A DNA stretch of 64,000 bases from Vitrella brassicaformis CCMP3155 (GCA_001179505.1 CDMY01000494.1:1564-65563); one strand, 5' to 3'; positions 10,574 through 23,606 are shown, counted from the stretch's first letter. The notes: a model not told the origin generated them from the sequence alone. Translations and numbers: made by a program.

Positions 10574-13500
10574 TCAGATATGGATGACGGGTGATGGCGT
10601 GCTTGCTTTGTCTATGGTAGACTGGGTACCGGCAGGTCGTTCTGGTGGCGGTAGGCTGCCCGTCTCTCTCAGGTGTGTCAGCAGTTCCACAGACTTTTTC
10701 ACGGCCCCCTCGGTGCCTGCACATATCAAGGAGAAAAACGATTTCGCATCTCCTTCGATTGACCAATATTTTTCCTATCGATTGACCTTTTATTCTTATT
10801 TTCATGTCCCCGGTTTCCCTCCTCTTGGGCACGTCGATCTTCACCGCGACTGTGGCCCACCACCCACACACGCACAAAGAGCAGACACATACATCTTGCT
10901 TCCTGCTTCCGAATTGTGCACATATCCTCCGCTTACATTGGCCGCCGATTTATGATTTGGTTGATCGTGTCGCCTCTCCGGCCGAGGATCAGCCCCCTCT
11001 CGGTCTGATACAGGAATGAAACCGCCACACACACATGTGTGCACGTATAACTCAGGTATCAGAATGTATTTGCTCACCGGCGAGTTCATCTTGAATTTCT
11101 CGCGGACGAGCTTGCCGGGCCTTGGCGGGTTTGCCGGCAGATGGCCGATGACTTCATCGATGCTCTGGCCCGCCGCCAGGGACTTGAGGGTGCGATCAAA
11201 CTCGTGCATCATCCGGGCGCGCATCTGAAGAGGAGCATCAGAGGCAGAGACATGTGCGTGTGCATTCATCTGTGGCTCCATGCAATCGTCTGTATACCTG
11301 CGGCTTCACCGTGTACATGCGGTCGGTCTCTATCGGGTCCTCGACCCACATGTCCTGAAGAGGCAGGGGAACTTCTCGCTCGCATCAAAGCAGGCCGTTT
11401 GTCCATTCATTTTGTTGCTGTGTACCTCGGGGTGGTCAGTGTAGTCCGTCTCCCTATCGTCGGCCCTCTGTGATGTCTGCACACGCACATGCCAAATGCC
11501 GTGATGTGGTCTCCCCTCTCTCCTTCTCATGTCACCTACACTGGCGCTGTCTGTGTTGATGTATTTCCTCTGTCGTCGGTGTCGCTGCAGGTATTCTTCC
11601 TTGGTGACGACGTCGGGGGCCAGGCGGATGGCGACGACGTATTTGCGGAAATCGAACTGCTCCTTGTAGAAACTAAACAAGACAGAATCAAAGGAGAGAA
11701 GGTACAGAAGCAGGGTTTTGGGCCGTGTCTCCATCCCTCCCTCCATCTCCCTGTGTGTGCACATGTGAAGCTTATTTACCTAAAAAACTCATACATGAGC
11801 TGGGGCAGCTCGAGATTCGCGCCGTTGGCGGCGTAGGGGTTCAGCCGTCGCCTGACACACACACATACATGAGCTCGATAAGTGTCTAAGCGGAAATCCT
11901 GTCTACGGCTCAATTCACCTGAATTTCCTTCTTCCCTCCAGCTCCCGTCTTGCCTCCTTGGTCTGCTGGCTGACCTCGTTGTCGCTGTCGCTGTCGTCCA
12001 TGACGGCGGCCTGCGTGGAGGGGGAGGGAGCAGACGTCTGGCTGCTGGACTGGGTAGCGGGGGAGGGGCCCGGAAGCGATCGATGCGACGACTGTGGGGT
12101 GGAGAGCGGGGGCCGTGTCTCCTCAGTGGGTGGGTCCTGGAACCAGACCTGATGGGGTGATATGAGGGAAAAGGATGAACCGTTGCTGGACCTCTCTCTC
12201 TTGTGCCTCTTCTGTACATCATGTTCGAGGGCAGCCCGCCTCTTGAAGTCATGTGTGTGCTCCAGGTGCTTGGGCGGCGCCGAGCCGTCTTGAGGCTTCT
12301 ATAGATTTGGCAGCAGCGGTGGGCTCCTAATGAAGACACACAAACGCACAGCCGAACACCGGTCAAGTTGTACACTCCCTTCTCAGTTGATGCACTTGAA
12401 TCACCTTGTTTGTGCCCAAAACACCAAGAGCAGCATCCAGACATACTTCGATAAACACCCGCTGCCCGTCTCCGCCAGCGCCCTCACCTTCACCCACATC
12501 TTGATGAGCCACCCTGCAGACAAGGCCCGCAGTGGCGCAAACAAGTCAAGGACTTTGCAATCCGCGTGTATATCAGTTTGTTACCCAGCATGTGTACGGC
12601 TCTCGACGAATGAAAGTAGGCCCGGAGGAGGTGGGAGTTGTGGATGCCCAAAGGATTGTTGAAAGTAATCTCAACCTTCCCATGGGCATCCCCCTAGCCA
12701 GACATGAACGTACACACAGAACACGAGAGGCCACACAATGCATTTATTGTGCTTGTCGGCACTGTATGGTGTGTACATGTCGCAGCGTGCAGCGCACGAT
12801 GGGAGTTCGCGCGCGACTGATGGGCACCGTCTCCATCTCAAAATTGTAATTCTGACAGGAACCCATACAGACAGACAGACAGACAGACAAAGAGAGAGAG
12901 ACAAAGAAACAAAGAGACAAAGAGATCCGTGAGCATCCGATGTGGTGTTTCCGCGTCTTGTCTGTTCTATTCTTCTTCCGTCCTTCAGATACTTGTCCAC
13001 GAGCTCACACGCCCGGCCACGGGGGTCGACGGCTCTCGACCGCTGCCTCTCGTCCATGAGCCTCGCCATCTGCTGTTGGGGGATGGTGGCGACGAGGTCG
13101 ATGTCGCTGCTCTTCATGGCCAAGTTCTAGACGTATGAGCCGAAGAGGGTGATGTTGGCCGTGTCTAAGACGTGCTTGACGGCCACCCGTACTCGGCCCA
13201 TCGTCTGTTTAGAGGGAGACAGAGAAATGTGTGTGCCTTCACTCTTATCTTTCACGTACCTCTGCCCAAGCCTGGATCTCCCGATCTCCCAAGGGGTTCC
13301 GGCGGTTCGCTGTCAGCGCTTCTTGCTGCATGTCGGCCTGCTTCTGTGTGGGGACCGGGAGAAGGACAGTGCACGGCCGGCTCTGCGTCCACAGCCAAGA
13401 ATGGGCGATGGATGCCTTTCTTTCAAGCTTTCATTGCCCACCTCTGTCTTCTTGATGCGCTCGAGGTCCTGCAAAGCCGCTTCGAGATCCTCTTTCTGAA

Positions 13501-14230
13501 GACAAGAAGCACAATTCGTCCTGTGCTGTGCTGGACAGACGTGTCTCTGCCTTTGGCCACTTGTTTGCGAAGAATCGACAGATGCTCGGTGAGCTCGGCG
13601 CTCCGCTTGTGTTGCAGCCGCAGGACTGCCATGAAGTTGTCTGCAGCAGACAGGATGTTTGAGCCCCCTACATGTGAATCCGGGTAGCGTGTGCACATAC
13701 CCTTGTCCGTCGCCCTTGCCCGCTTGTATTCTCTCTTGACGGCCTGGTGGTGCCGCACTGCGGTCTGAAGCCGTCGGACCGCTTCCTCCCTCTCCCTCCG
13801 GCCCCTTGTTTGTTGTCTTCTCTGCGATAGAAAAGGCACAGCATGAACAGAGTGCACATGTGTTTGCTTTCATGCATGTGTTTAGTCACTGTCGTTTTTT
13901 GTTCGGGCCAGTGCGGCACGTGTGCTGGCTGTTTCTGCACGGAACAGAAGATAGGAACGACGCGTGAAAATCGAAGAGTGCCAGCCGACTGATCTCATCA
14001 TTTTACCTCCATCTCCCTCTCCACCGCAGGCCTACGCACACACACGCGCGCACACGCGGAGAGAGAAAGAGGGTCGTGGACTCATCGATGTGGATATTCG
14101 TGGGCAGGTTTACCCCGAGAGGCCAAGGAAACAGCATATGGCGGGCATCCCGTCTGAATGGGCGACGACAAGAGATGTGTGACTTTGCAGCCTTGCTCAT
14201 GTGAAAGGACCGTGTCTTTTCGTGGCACAC
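10574..14230 (-). pseudogene. Second Cid1/TUT-family nucleotidyltransferase-KH paralogue (copy C)
   Basis: Exons read LFGSYV*NLAMKSSDIDL, ISRARTPIVRC, VEITFNNPLGIHNSHLLRAY, WLIKMWVK..GCLSKYVWMLLLVFW, SPPLLPNL*, YEFF/FYKEQFDFRKYVVAIR and MWVEDPIE. The KH part reads GLILGRRGDTINQI..KIDVP..IRIKGTEGAV. In-frame TAGs at 13127-13129 and 12299-12301. The 5' end is approximate. Confidence 0.8.
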
Positions 14231-14504
14231 CGTGTGTTTCGTTGCACTCGAATGTCAGATGTTGTAGATCTTGCTGGTTGGGCTCCACAAGGTGCGTTCA
14301 ATCCTCAACTCAAAAGATCCGCAAATCTAAGCTCGCATGCCGGGGGCCCTGAAACCCCGGGGCCAGCCTCAAACAACGAGGCCAAGTTCACGATGATTCG
14401 ATTGAAGGCAATACACCGTGCAGTCTATCAACACCGCCCCCATACGCAGAGAGTAGCACGCATCCACACATTCTCATCCACCCAGTGTGAGTCGAGTCAC
14501 GCAT

Positions 14505-17500
14505 CTATCGCACGATCTCCCCCTCCTGCTTCATGTGCTCCACCTCCCCGTTGCACTGTGGGCACCGCAGCGGCTCGCCCGTCTGCTTTGCCCGGCCACA
14601 CCAGCCCTCCTTGCATGGGTGGCACAGGCAGATGTGCAGACAGGGGAAGAACCGCCATACGGCATAGGTGTCGTTACCACACACCAGACACTTCGGCTGG
14701 CTGAGGTGGCGGGCTTGCTTGGTCGCCGCTGCGAAGATCTGAGCTAGGTTGGTCTGCTGCTGCGTCGCCATGGCCATGAAGGCGTCCAGCTCCTCGGTGC
14801 TCTGAGTCTCCAGCAACGCATCCACCGTCAGACTGACACGACAGACACCACGATTACAACACATGCACAGTGAGTGGGTGTGTGGGGCACTCGTTGCTGC
14901 TCACTTGGGTCGTTTCTTGACTTCGTTCCGGAGTGCATCGATCTGCCCGATCTGGGCGGCGTAGCTGTCGCGCTCATCCTGACGACGCTGACACTCATCT
15001 ACCAACCTGCACACACATGGCACCGAGGACAGAGGGATTCTGTGGCGGGTGACTGATTCGGTGTCCCTCTCATCTCCCTTTCCACTCACCGGTCGATCTT
15101 GGCCTGCATTTGCTCTACTTGCATGCGATGGACAGCCGCCTCCTGCTCCAGCTGGGCAGACACACTGCACACACCGCATCATAATGAACACCGAGACATC
15201 TGTGAAAGCTGGTGGATGTGGATGTCCATGTCACTCAGGCGACTGACCGACCTCGGGGGCTGCTCCTGGCGTTGCAGCAGTTGGTGACGCAGCTGGGCCC
15301 GCAAGCTGAAGCCAAAACACGTCCCACTCACACACACATGGATCTGCCGGCGCACACAGCCGTGATGGGTCCTACCGCTGGATGTCTTCATCCCGTTGCT
15401 GGCACAACGCCTGCTGCTGCTGCAGCCGCCCGGTCAACCTGCACACAAAAGAGGGCGGAATATGGATGGATGATGGTGCGATCATGTGTGGGACCGATTC
15501 CACTGACCCCTGTATGGTGAACTCCTGCTCGCGTATGTGCTGGCCGTGCACCGCCTCGACAGATCGCAACCTGACAGTGGATGAAGAGGCAGACACGTGT
15601 GTAAGGATGGGTCAGGTCCCCGTTCCCTGTGTGGCGTGGTTGTCTGACTTACTTGTCCTCCTGTGCGGCAAGGGCATCCCTGAGGGCCTCCTCAACCGCA
15701 CGCACACGTTTCTCGCACTCCACCTTGGCCTCACGCAACCTACACCCATTGATGCATCCATGACCATGACGGAGCATGTGTGTTGCCAGCCTCTTGTTTG
15801 GTGTGGATTGATGGGTGGATGGATGGATGGATGGAGCGTGCCTGCTTGTCTATCTCGCCCTGCAGCTCAGACACCACCCTGCACACAAAACAGAGAGACA
15901 AAGCACCTTTTAAATGCACTGCCCAGCCCGTCAGCCCCACGTGCATGTGTGGCCTTTCTGTACCTCTCGTGCAGAGCCCGCGAGACGCCGCCCATGGCCT
16001 CTGTCTGGCCGACCTTGGGAGGCGTTTGGTGCTCGCGTGTCGACTCCGATGCCTTGGACGCACACCGCCCCTTGCTGGTGGGGAGGGGGCTGGCCTTCTC
16101 GGGCTTGGCAGATGGCTTGGTGGTGTCGGTAGAGCGGGTGTCGGTGGGGGTGAGGGCAGCGAAGGGGTTGTTGAGGAGGGGACTGTCAGACGAGATGTCG
16201 TCTTCATCATCAGCAGCAGACACACCCGGTGGGCTGGTCTCCTCCCCGCCGCCGCCCTCCTTACTCCCTCCCTCGCCGCCCCCCACACCACCGTCGCCAC
16301 CAGCGTGGCCCTTGGGTCTTTTTGGTGTTGTTGTGTTTCTTCCGGCCCCCCGTCCTGCCAGACTTGGCCTTGGCCGCCGCCTGGCGGGCTCGCTCGTCCT
16401 TCTCCTTCTCCCTGGCCTCCTCTGCGATGAGCCTCTGCATCATCCGCTCCGCCTCCTTCTCCTTGATGCGCATGGCGGCCGCGCCGTCCTCCTGCTGCTG
16501 CTGCTCACGCTGGCTGCTGTGGGATGGTTGGTGACTGTTCTTCTTTCTCCTGGCTGCTGCTGCTGCTTGAGCCGCGTGCACCCCCCTGAGTCACATACAA
16601 CCAAAGGCAAGATGAGGGACTCAGCCAAAGTGTGTGTGCTATGTCGGTGAAGGGAGAGGTTACTGCAAGGGCAAGAATCGGTAAGGGATGTTGGGGTCGT
16701 CAGGGCACTCCTCCACAATCATGTCCGATCCCAGCACAAGGACATACGGATGGGGCAGCTCCAGGATGTTCAGTCTCTGCTGGATGACATTGGACACAGA
16801 GCTCGCCTCGAGGACATCGCTACAACTGCTCAACACATACACCTGAGAGAGACAAGGCGACAGAGTAGACAGAGGAGCCGAGTTGAGACGTGATGTGCTG
16901 TGCTGTGCTCGCAGACATACCATTCCTGTCTCCATTTGAGTGATTACTGAGGGCCCGTTCAGATCCACACCTGGAACCAAGCCAGCTATCGCCCCCTATT
17001 TACACACACGCGCAGAGAGAGAGAGAGGGAGAGATCCAAGCATAGATTCCCCGCCCCCACGCGCATACATGTTGGTCGATGAGGCCGAGGATGAGGGTGG
17101 CCTTGGTGCTCCCACTGAAAGGAATGCCGACCCGACAAACGCACAGTCCGTAAGCGATCTTTGGTAGTTCTTTCTTACACGGAGTCTCGCACATAGACGA
17201 CTCCCATCATTCGTGCTTTGACGCTGGTTTTGCTCAGGTCTATGCCGGGCTTGAGCTCGTTGGTGCCAACCACACGACGACCGCTGCATCCATCCATCCA
17301 TCCATCCATCCACACACACACGTGTGCGTGTGCATGGCTTCCGTCACTGCCCACTTGCTACGTATGCAGCAACGGGAGCCAGCTGCCACTGCCACTAGCT
17401 CCTCAGGAGTCCTTACGAAAGGCATGCAGACAGACAGGGGCACAGACACATCAACCAGACAATCCACGGTGCTGGCCGCTGCACGTACCCCTCACTTACG

Positions 17501-19988
17501 GCAAATGAGGAATGGCGGGGTCGTCGGGGCACTCCTGGATGGCCGAGAAGGAAGGGAACGCCACCACGTGGTGGTTCGTCATACCTTTCATCTCAGCGCT
17601 GGATGGATAGATTGAACAGTGAGTGATGACACACCCACACACCAGACACACAGCGCCACACCTTACCTTGTGTCAGGACAAACGAAGCCTCCATTGAACG
17701 CATACACCTACAAATCCCCGACACACACACTGTGCCTGCCTGCCCGCCCGCCTGCCTGCCTGACATAGAGCCCTTACCTTGCCAGTCTGCACGCCAAATG
17801 AGGTGGGAATTGTGGCCAAGATGCTGCTGCCCTGTGCGTCGTTGATCACGACGAGCGACTCTTTACCCGAGTCGCCAACGGGAGCCCTGAAATGGGACAT
17901 AATCCATATGTATGGATGTGCATCTGTAGTTGGTTACTCCCTGCTTTGCGTACTTACACGGCAGTGACGCGGCCCCTGATGGCGCATTCGAAGTCCTTGC
18001 AGCCCGAATGCACCTCAGAGATGGGCACAAACCTGACCAGATGAACAAATAGATGACACACAGGCAATGTACCGCCCGGTGAGTGAGCCATCTCACACGC
18101 CCTACCTGTCCTTGCTGGACGCAGAGGTCCCCCCACGGCCTCCACTGGTCCCTTGAGCGGTGAACGGCACCTTGCCGCACCCACGTGCTTCGTCGCCCAC
18201 GTCCTGCCCTCCCGCCACCTCACTTGCTGCCGACGACCTACGCGGATCGTGAAGGGGTGAGAAGGAACCATAGGCAAATACATATCCACCACATCCCCCC
18301 ACCCCTCCCCCTCCCTACCTGTATGTGTTGCCTGTCGCTGCACTGGCAGCGCCGCTGCTACTGCTACTGCTCCTGCTGCTGCTGCTGGTGGTGGTGCTGG
18401 TAGTAGTGGCGGTGCTGCTTGCTGCCCCGTTGGTCTGTTTGGCGGTGTAGGAGGGGGTGGGTGTGGGTGTGGGGGAGGGGGTATTGGTGTCGGGGGTGAA
18501 GTTGGATGCGAAGTCCGGGATGAACATGCCGCCGATCTGGACACTGGTCATGACGTTGCCCATGTTGGAAGAGTTGAGCGAATTGAGTAACTGCTGCACC
18601 TCACCCAGGTCGCTACTGGCCACACACACACACACGTGCAAACACGTTCGTGCATTCCTGCACAAGGGTGTGTGTACCTGACTGACGGGAATAGAAACTG
18701 AGCTTTCGGCATGGCTGGGTCGTCGTCACACACGGAGATCTTGCTGCCGGCACCAAACAGCAGCACACACCGGTGCGAGCACGTCCCCCGCCACGCCTTC
18801 AGCTGGGGAACACTGCAAAGAGCGCCAAAATTGGTGGGGTGCGCCAGATGGAACGACACACAGACAGACATACATGAGCGCATGTGCGTTAGCCACCCCC
18901 CCCCTACACACCTGTCCGAGGGCAGCCCGTTGCCTCCTTCCATCCGGTACACCTGCACCACACAAAGTGGTGTTGTGTTTGCACACACGGCAATTATGTT
19001 AATGTGTGTGTCTGGTGGATGGCACGGCTCGCTGTAGTGACTGACCTTGCCCGCGGCTCCGTCAAACGTACTCGGCAGCAGCACCGGGATGGTGTTCTGG
19101 ACAGAGGCGTGCCAACGAGTCGTTAGTTGCTTAGATGCATTCCTCCCTCCGTCCGTTGCCACACGTCAATAGGTGTGTGTGCTGACTTACATGGCCGTCT
19201 CCAATCATCCAGGCAGCGTGTGCGGGATAGCCCTCAACAGACGAACACAGCCTGACATATATTCACAAGAGAGAATGACCATCGACGCAGTGTGGTGGTT
19301 TGGGTGTGATCAGCGAGCGGCCCTGACGGCTTACTTGAAGAGAAGTCGCGCCTTGACGGCGATGTCAGCCGCGCCGGGGACAATGTCGCTGATACGAACC
19401 ACACGGCTTTAAACACCACACACACATAGATAGATACCCACTCACTCCCACATGTGGATGTTGCAGAGGCGATTGCTTCATCCCTCACCGCTGCTGCGTC
19501 GGTGCGCTGCCGACGCGTTCGTACTCCTGTATGTCCAGCACGTCAGAGCCCACCGAGCTGCACACACGATACATACGCACACACATGGATACATACCATC
19601 GACAGACAGAATGTCACGCGTCCGTGTGCTGTGCGGTGATCTTCTTCCTTCTCGCACAACATGCATTGCATCTCACAATTGTTTGGTGCACTTGGTGACA
19701 CGTATGATGTCGCGCTTCTTGACCGGGCCACACTTGTCCACCACAGCCTGCCGCAACCGAGCAGCGACCGAGTCTGAGCCGTCCGGCCGGTCACTCACAC
19801 GCACATCCCTACACCTGCAGCGACAAACGGACCTCTTGAGCGATCCGATGGCTGGTGCATGATTTGATGGCCTCCTTCCATACCATACCGTTGGGCCCGA
19901 CACATGCGATGAGGAGCATGCCTTCGGTGCGGCTGCCCTCGAGCATCGCCTTCACCGTGCCATGCACCAACGAAGGGGATGCAGCCAT
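14505..19988 (-). CDS. RPA70-like multi-OB-fold protein fused to a coiled coil and C-terminal RING-HC finger (apparent +1 frameshift near 16315)
   Basis: About 25 GT-AG exons, phase-compatible wherever checked (first junctions unresolved). RPA70N-like start (SLVHGTVKAML..VSDRPDG..IIRVTK..DVLDIQEYERVGSAP). Three OB repeats start VRISDIVPG..VKARLLFK, VPISEVHSG..IRGRVTA and VGTNELKPG..VKARMMG; each has a K/M-VY strand and ends C[DP]DDP.[IM]P. The C-terminus is CLVC..FPCLHICLCHPC..CPQC. Confidence 0.75.
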
Positions 19989-20220
19989 GGCGATGAGTGG
20001 GATGGGCCAGATCTCCTCAAAATACCATCAAAACAAGCCTCCAGGACTCCAGGAACGAGCCCTAAAGAAAACCTCGTGAAACCGATTAATCGGTGTCGAG
20101 TCTTCTTCTCGGGGAGCTTCTGCGAGGCAGGCCACCTATCAGGAGCTGTCCTGAAGACCGATTGAGTCGATAAGTCGATAGATAAGTCGATAACCGATAC
20201 CCAAGCCACACACACGAGAT
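19989..20220. promoter_or_regulatory. Probable bidirectional promoter (RPA-like/RING gene vs BI-1)
   Basis: 232-bp spacer between divergent ATGs. It contains three TCGATA copies and the palindrome ACCGATTAATCGGT (20081-20094). Confidence 0.5.
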
Positions 20221-21450
20221 ATGTCGTTGCCATACGCCTCGCCGGCCTCACAGCCGCTCACCGGTGTGTATCACAGCCTGGACGACACGTTGCGGGTGGA
20301 AATCAGACACTCCTTCATCAAAAAGGTCGGAGAGAACAAGAGAGTGGCACGGCAGCAAAGGCATCACGGCGTTGTTCATCTTTGTGTATGTTCCTGCAGG
20401 TCTATGGCATATTGGCGGCGCAGCTGGCCGTCACCTTCGTGCTGGCGGCCTCCCTGACCAGTGCTGCGGCCCTTGCATGGCTCCAATCCCACCCCGCCAT
20501 CCTGTTCATGGCCATAGTTGTGCAGCTGGGCCTCTGCATCAGCTTCATGTGCTGCCCACACCTGCTCAGACAGTAAGAAAGACAGACACACATGCATGGC
20601 GCGCCATGCACTCACTCTGTTGGTGACCAAACAGGTATCCGACCAACTACATCCTTCTGGGCCTCTTCACCGTCGCCGAAGGGTTCCTTATCGGTGTGTG
20701 TAGTGAGAGAGACGAGGGAGGGAACACAAACCAGGCGGCAAGCGTGTGTTGTGTGTGGTGCGTGGCGTGCAGGTGTGGTGTGTGCGGTGAGCGATCCCGC
20801 CATTGTGCTGGTGGCGCTGAGCCTGACGCTGGGCATAGTCATCGGACTCACCCTCTTCGCATTCCAGACCAAGTCAACCAGCCAGCCAGCCACACATATA
20901 CACTATCGAGAAATCTGTATTTGTGCGTGCGTGTGTGTGCGTGTGCGATGTGTCTTCAGATACGACTTCACGTCGTGGGCGCCGTACCTGTTTGTGGTGG
21001 CGCTTGGGTTCTTCCTGACGGGTCTGATGATGGGCATCATGGGCATGTTTGGGGTGCACATCAAGCTGCTCCACATCCTCTACTGCGGCTTCGGTGTCAT
21101 CCTATTCTCGATCTACCTCGTTTTCGACACACAGGTGAGTGAGGTGACCCACCAGCCAGCCAGCCAGCGGAAGGAGCATCCCGGCTGCATATATGCTGTG
21201 TCTGTCTGTGTGGCTCAGATGATCGTGGGTGCCAAGCACGCCAGATTTGAGTTCTCGGTGGACGACTACTGCTTTGCGGCTCTGATGCTCTACATCGACA
21301 TCATCCAGGTTCCTCATGACACACACACGCACACACACACACATACGCAGGAGAACTGATACGCAGAGACGTGCGTCTTTCTGTTGTCTTGTGTGTCAGA
21401 TATTCCTCTACTTGCTCCGCCTCCTCCAAATGCTCAGGAGCTCAGACTGA
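20221..21450 (+). CDS. Bax inhibitor-1 / Lifeguard (TMBIM) family membrane protein
   Basis: Seven exons give IRHSFIKKVYGILAAQL, YPTNYILLGLFT, LTLFAFQTKYDFT, ILFSIYLVFDTQMIVG and FSVDDYCFAALMLYIDIIQIFLYLLRLL, all hallmark Lifeguard motifs. Confidence 0.95.
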
Positions 21451-21927
21451 CACACACCAAGCCGGCCGCATAGCAAACAGACAGACATACAAACGTACGG
21501 CAGAAGCTTTGCGGATTTCTCAATGTGAAGCAACACGTGCCTTCGTGTTCATGTTGTATTGGCGGCTAGCGTAGCCAGGGAGGGATGGATTCGGCGGGGC
21601 GGGGCGGGGGGGGCGGGATCGGCCTGTGCATAGTTTTTCAAGACAGCCAGCCTCCTGTGAATATGTGTGCATTGGTACGTACGTGTCATCCGTCCCATCC
21701 TTCAGTGTGTGCACTTGACGTCGAGTGTGCGGCGCTGCTGCTACTGAATGCACGTCCACTGAGTCTCAGCGGACGGCGATTCCGTCGCAGCGGCACGCCA
21801 TGCCCGACGTCAAAGGCACACAACGTGCAGAGCAGTCGTGTGCTACTGCTTGAGTAAAGGGTATTTTTAGCCGTCTGTGTGTCTGTCTATATGGGACGGA
21901 TTTGCTCGCGAGTGATTCACGTGGATT

Positions 21928-23606
21928 ATGCCCCCGAAACGGAGTATGTTTACGCATGTGAACAAGCGATCCGCCGACCCAGCGGATCACATGGCGTCCC
22001 CGCCGGCTTCTCAGGCCCGGCGGTCGTCCATAGGCGCAAATAGCTGTGGGATTTGCTGCGAGGAGTACTCCGTCGACGGCGCACACCAGCCGCAGATGCT
22101 CAAATGCGGTCAGGGAAGATGCGTGAGAACATGGAGGCAAAGCTGACCATGTTTCCTCGTGCGTGCAGGCCACACCTTCTGCAAAGAGGTGGGATGGATG
22201 GATGGATGGACGGACGGATGGCAAAGAGATCTCTGTGTGTCCTCTCATGTTGTCTTCCTCAGTGTGTGGATCAGCTGGTCAAGAGCCATCGTCATGGTCT
22301 GCCTAGCGCCACATGCCCCACATGCAGGTCAGCCAACGTCTCACGGATCCACACGCACACACCACTCCATGTATCAATGGCATCGTGCATCTGCACAGGA
22401 AGGAGACCCCCGCTTCAGATCTCGTCAAGAACTACGCCGTCATCAAAATGCTCGAGGCCGACCGTGCGCGCCACGACAGGGAGAGGGAGCGGAGGAAGAA
22501 GCTGCAGGAGCAGCTCGACGCACTCAAGCGGCAGGTGGCCGAGGAGAAGATCCAGCGGGCACAAACGTGTGTGTGCGCGCGTGTGTGTGTATGGCACCTG
22601 TTACCGCCCATCGATCTGTTTGAGTACTTCATAGTGGACCTCGAAAGAGTACACACTGAAATTACGCCAAACCTGCTACGTGTTCAGGTCACGCGCATAC
22701 ACATGCACCACATCACCCACACACATGCAGTCACGGTGGATGGGTTCCTTACGCATTGGTGTGCCTCAGCGAGTGACGTCTGACTCATCAACGGGGCCCA
22801 GCGTGTTTGGCGAACAGCACATACGTCTAGCTGATGAAAGGATGAGTGCATTCATCCATCCGTCCAGCCACCCATCCACCCATCCACCCATCCACACAGA
22901 CAAACATCCACCCCCCTCCCTCTCTGCACGGACGCCCGCTCCGACGCTGCTGTGCAAAGGCTCGAGACACCACTCAGGAACAGGTCCATGAAGCTCATCT
23001 ACCGGTGGGCAGTCGACAACGTGGTGTAGGCGCAGCCAATGACTGACATGTTTGTCTCTTCTCTCTGTGTGTGGGGGGTGGGGTGTGGACACAGTGCGAG
23101 TCGTGATGGGTGGGGGTATCGTGACCTGGTGGCCAAGGTCGGCGCCAGGAGGAGCGGCGGGTACGTCTTCCTCATGTGCAAGAACCAGTACCAGTTCGGC
23201 GTCTGTCTGCCCGATGGCGACCTCAAGTAGGGCGGCACTTCCTACGGCTGCAGCATGTGGTTCTTCGCACTCGACGGCGTGTTCTCCCTGCCCGTCCGCA
23301 TCGACATCCCCCCGTGCGACCAGCAGATGGCGGCGGCGGCCAGGGGCGGGACAGTGAGAGGGTACGCTCGACCCATGCCATGAAAGACAGACAGAAAGAT
23401 GCGTCCCTCTCCCACTGTGTGCCCTTTTTTTGCCTTTCCCTTGCAGGTGTGCGCGTCTGTCGTTTGGGAGTGGGTACCTCTACTTGGGGCATGGTGGCAT
23501 GAATGGTGCGGCGGCCGACCTGTCGTACTGCCTGCAGTCGATGTTCCCCGCCCTGCCTGTCGGCCTCTTCACGCTCGACGAGCTGGAGGTGCTGCACATC
23601 GAGTAG
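21928..23606 (+). pseudogene. RING-HC + coiled-coil + TLDc-domain protein with in-frame TAG
   Basis: Spliced CGIC..CGHTFCKECVD..CPTC forms a C3HC4 finger. KLIY/RASRDGWGYRDLVAKVG and FTLDELEVLHIE* match TLDc termini. There is a TAG at 23228-23230 inside TLDc, and the middle exons are unresolved. Confidence 0.7.
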
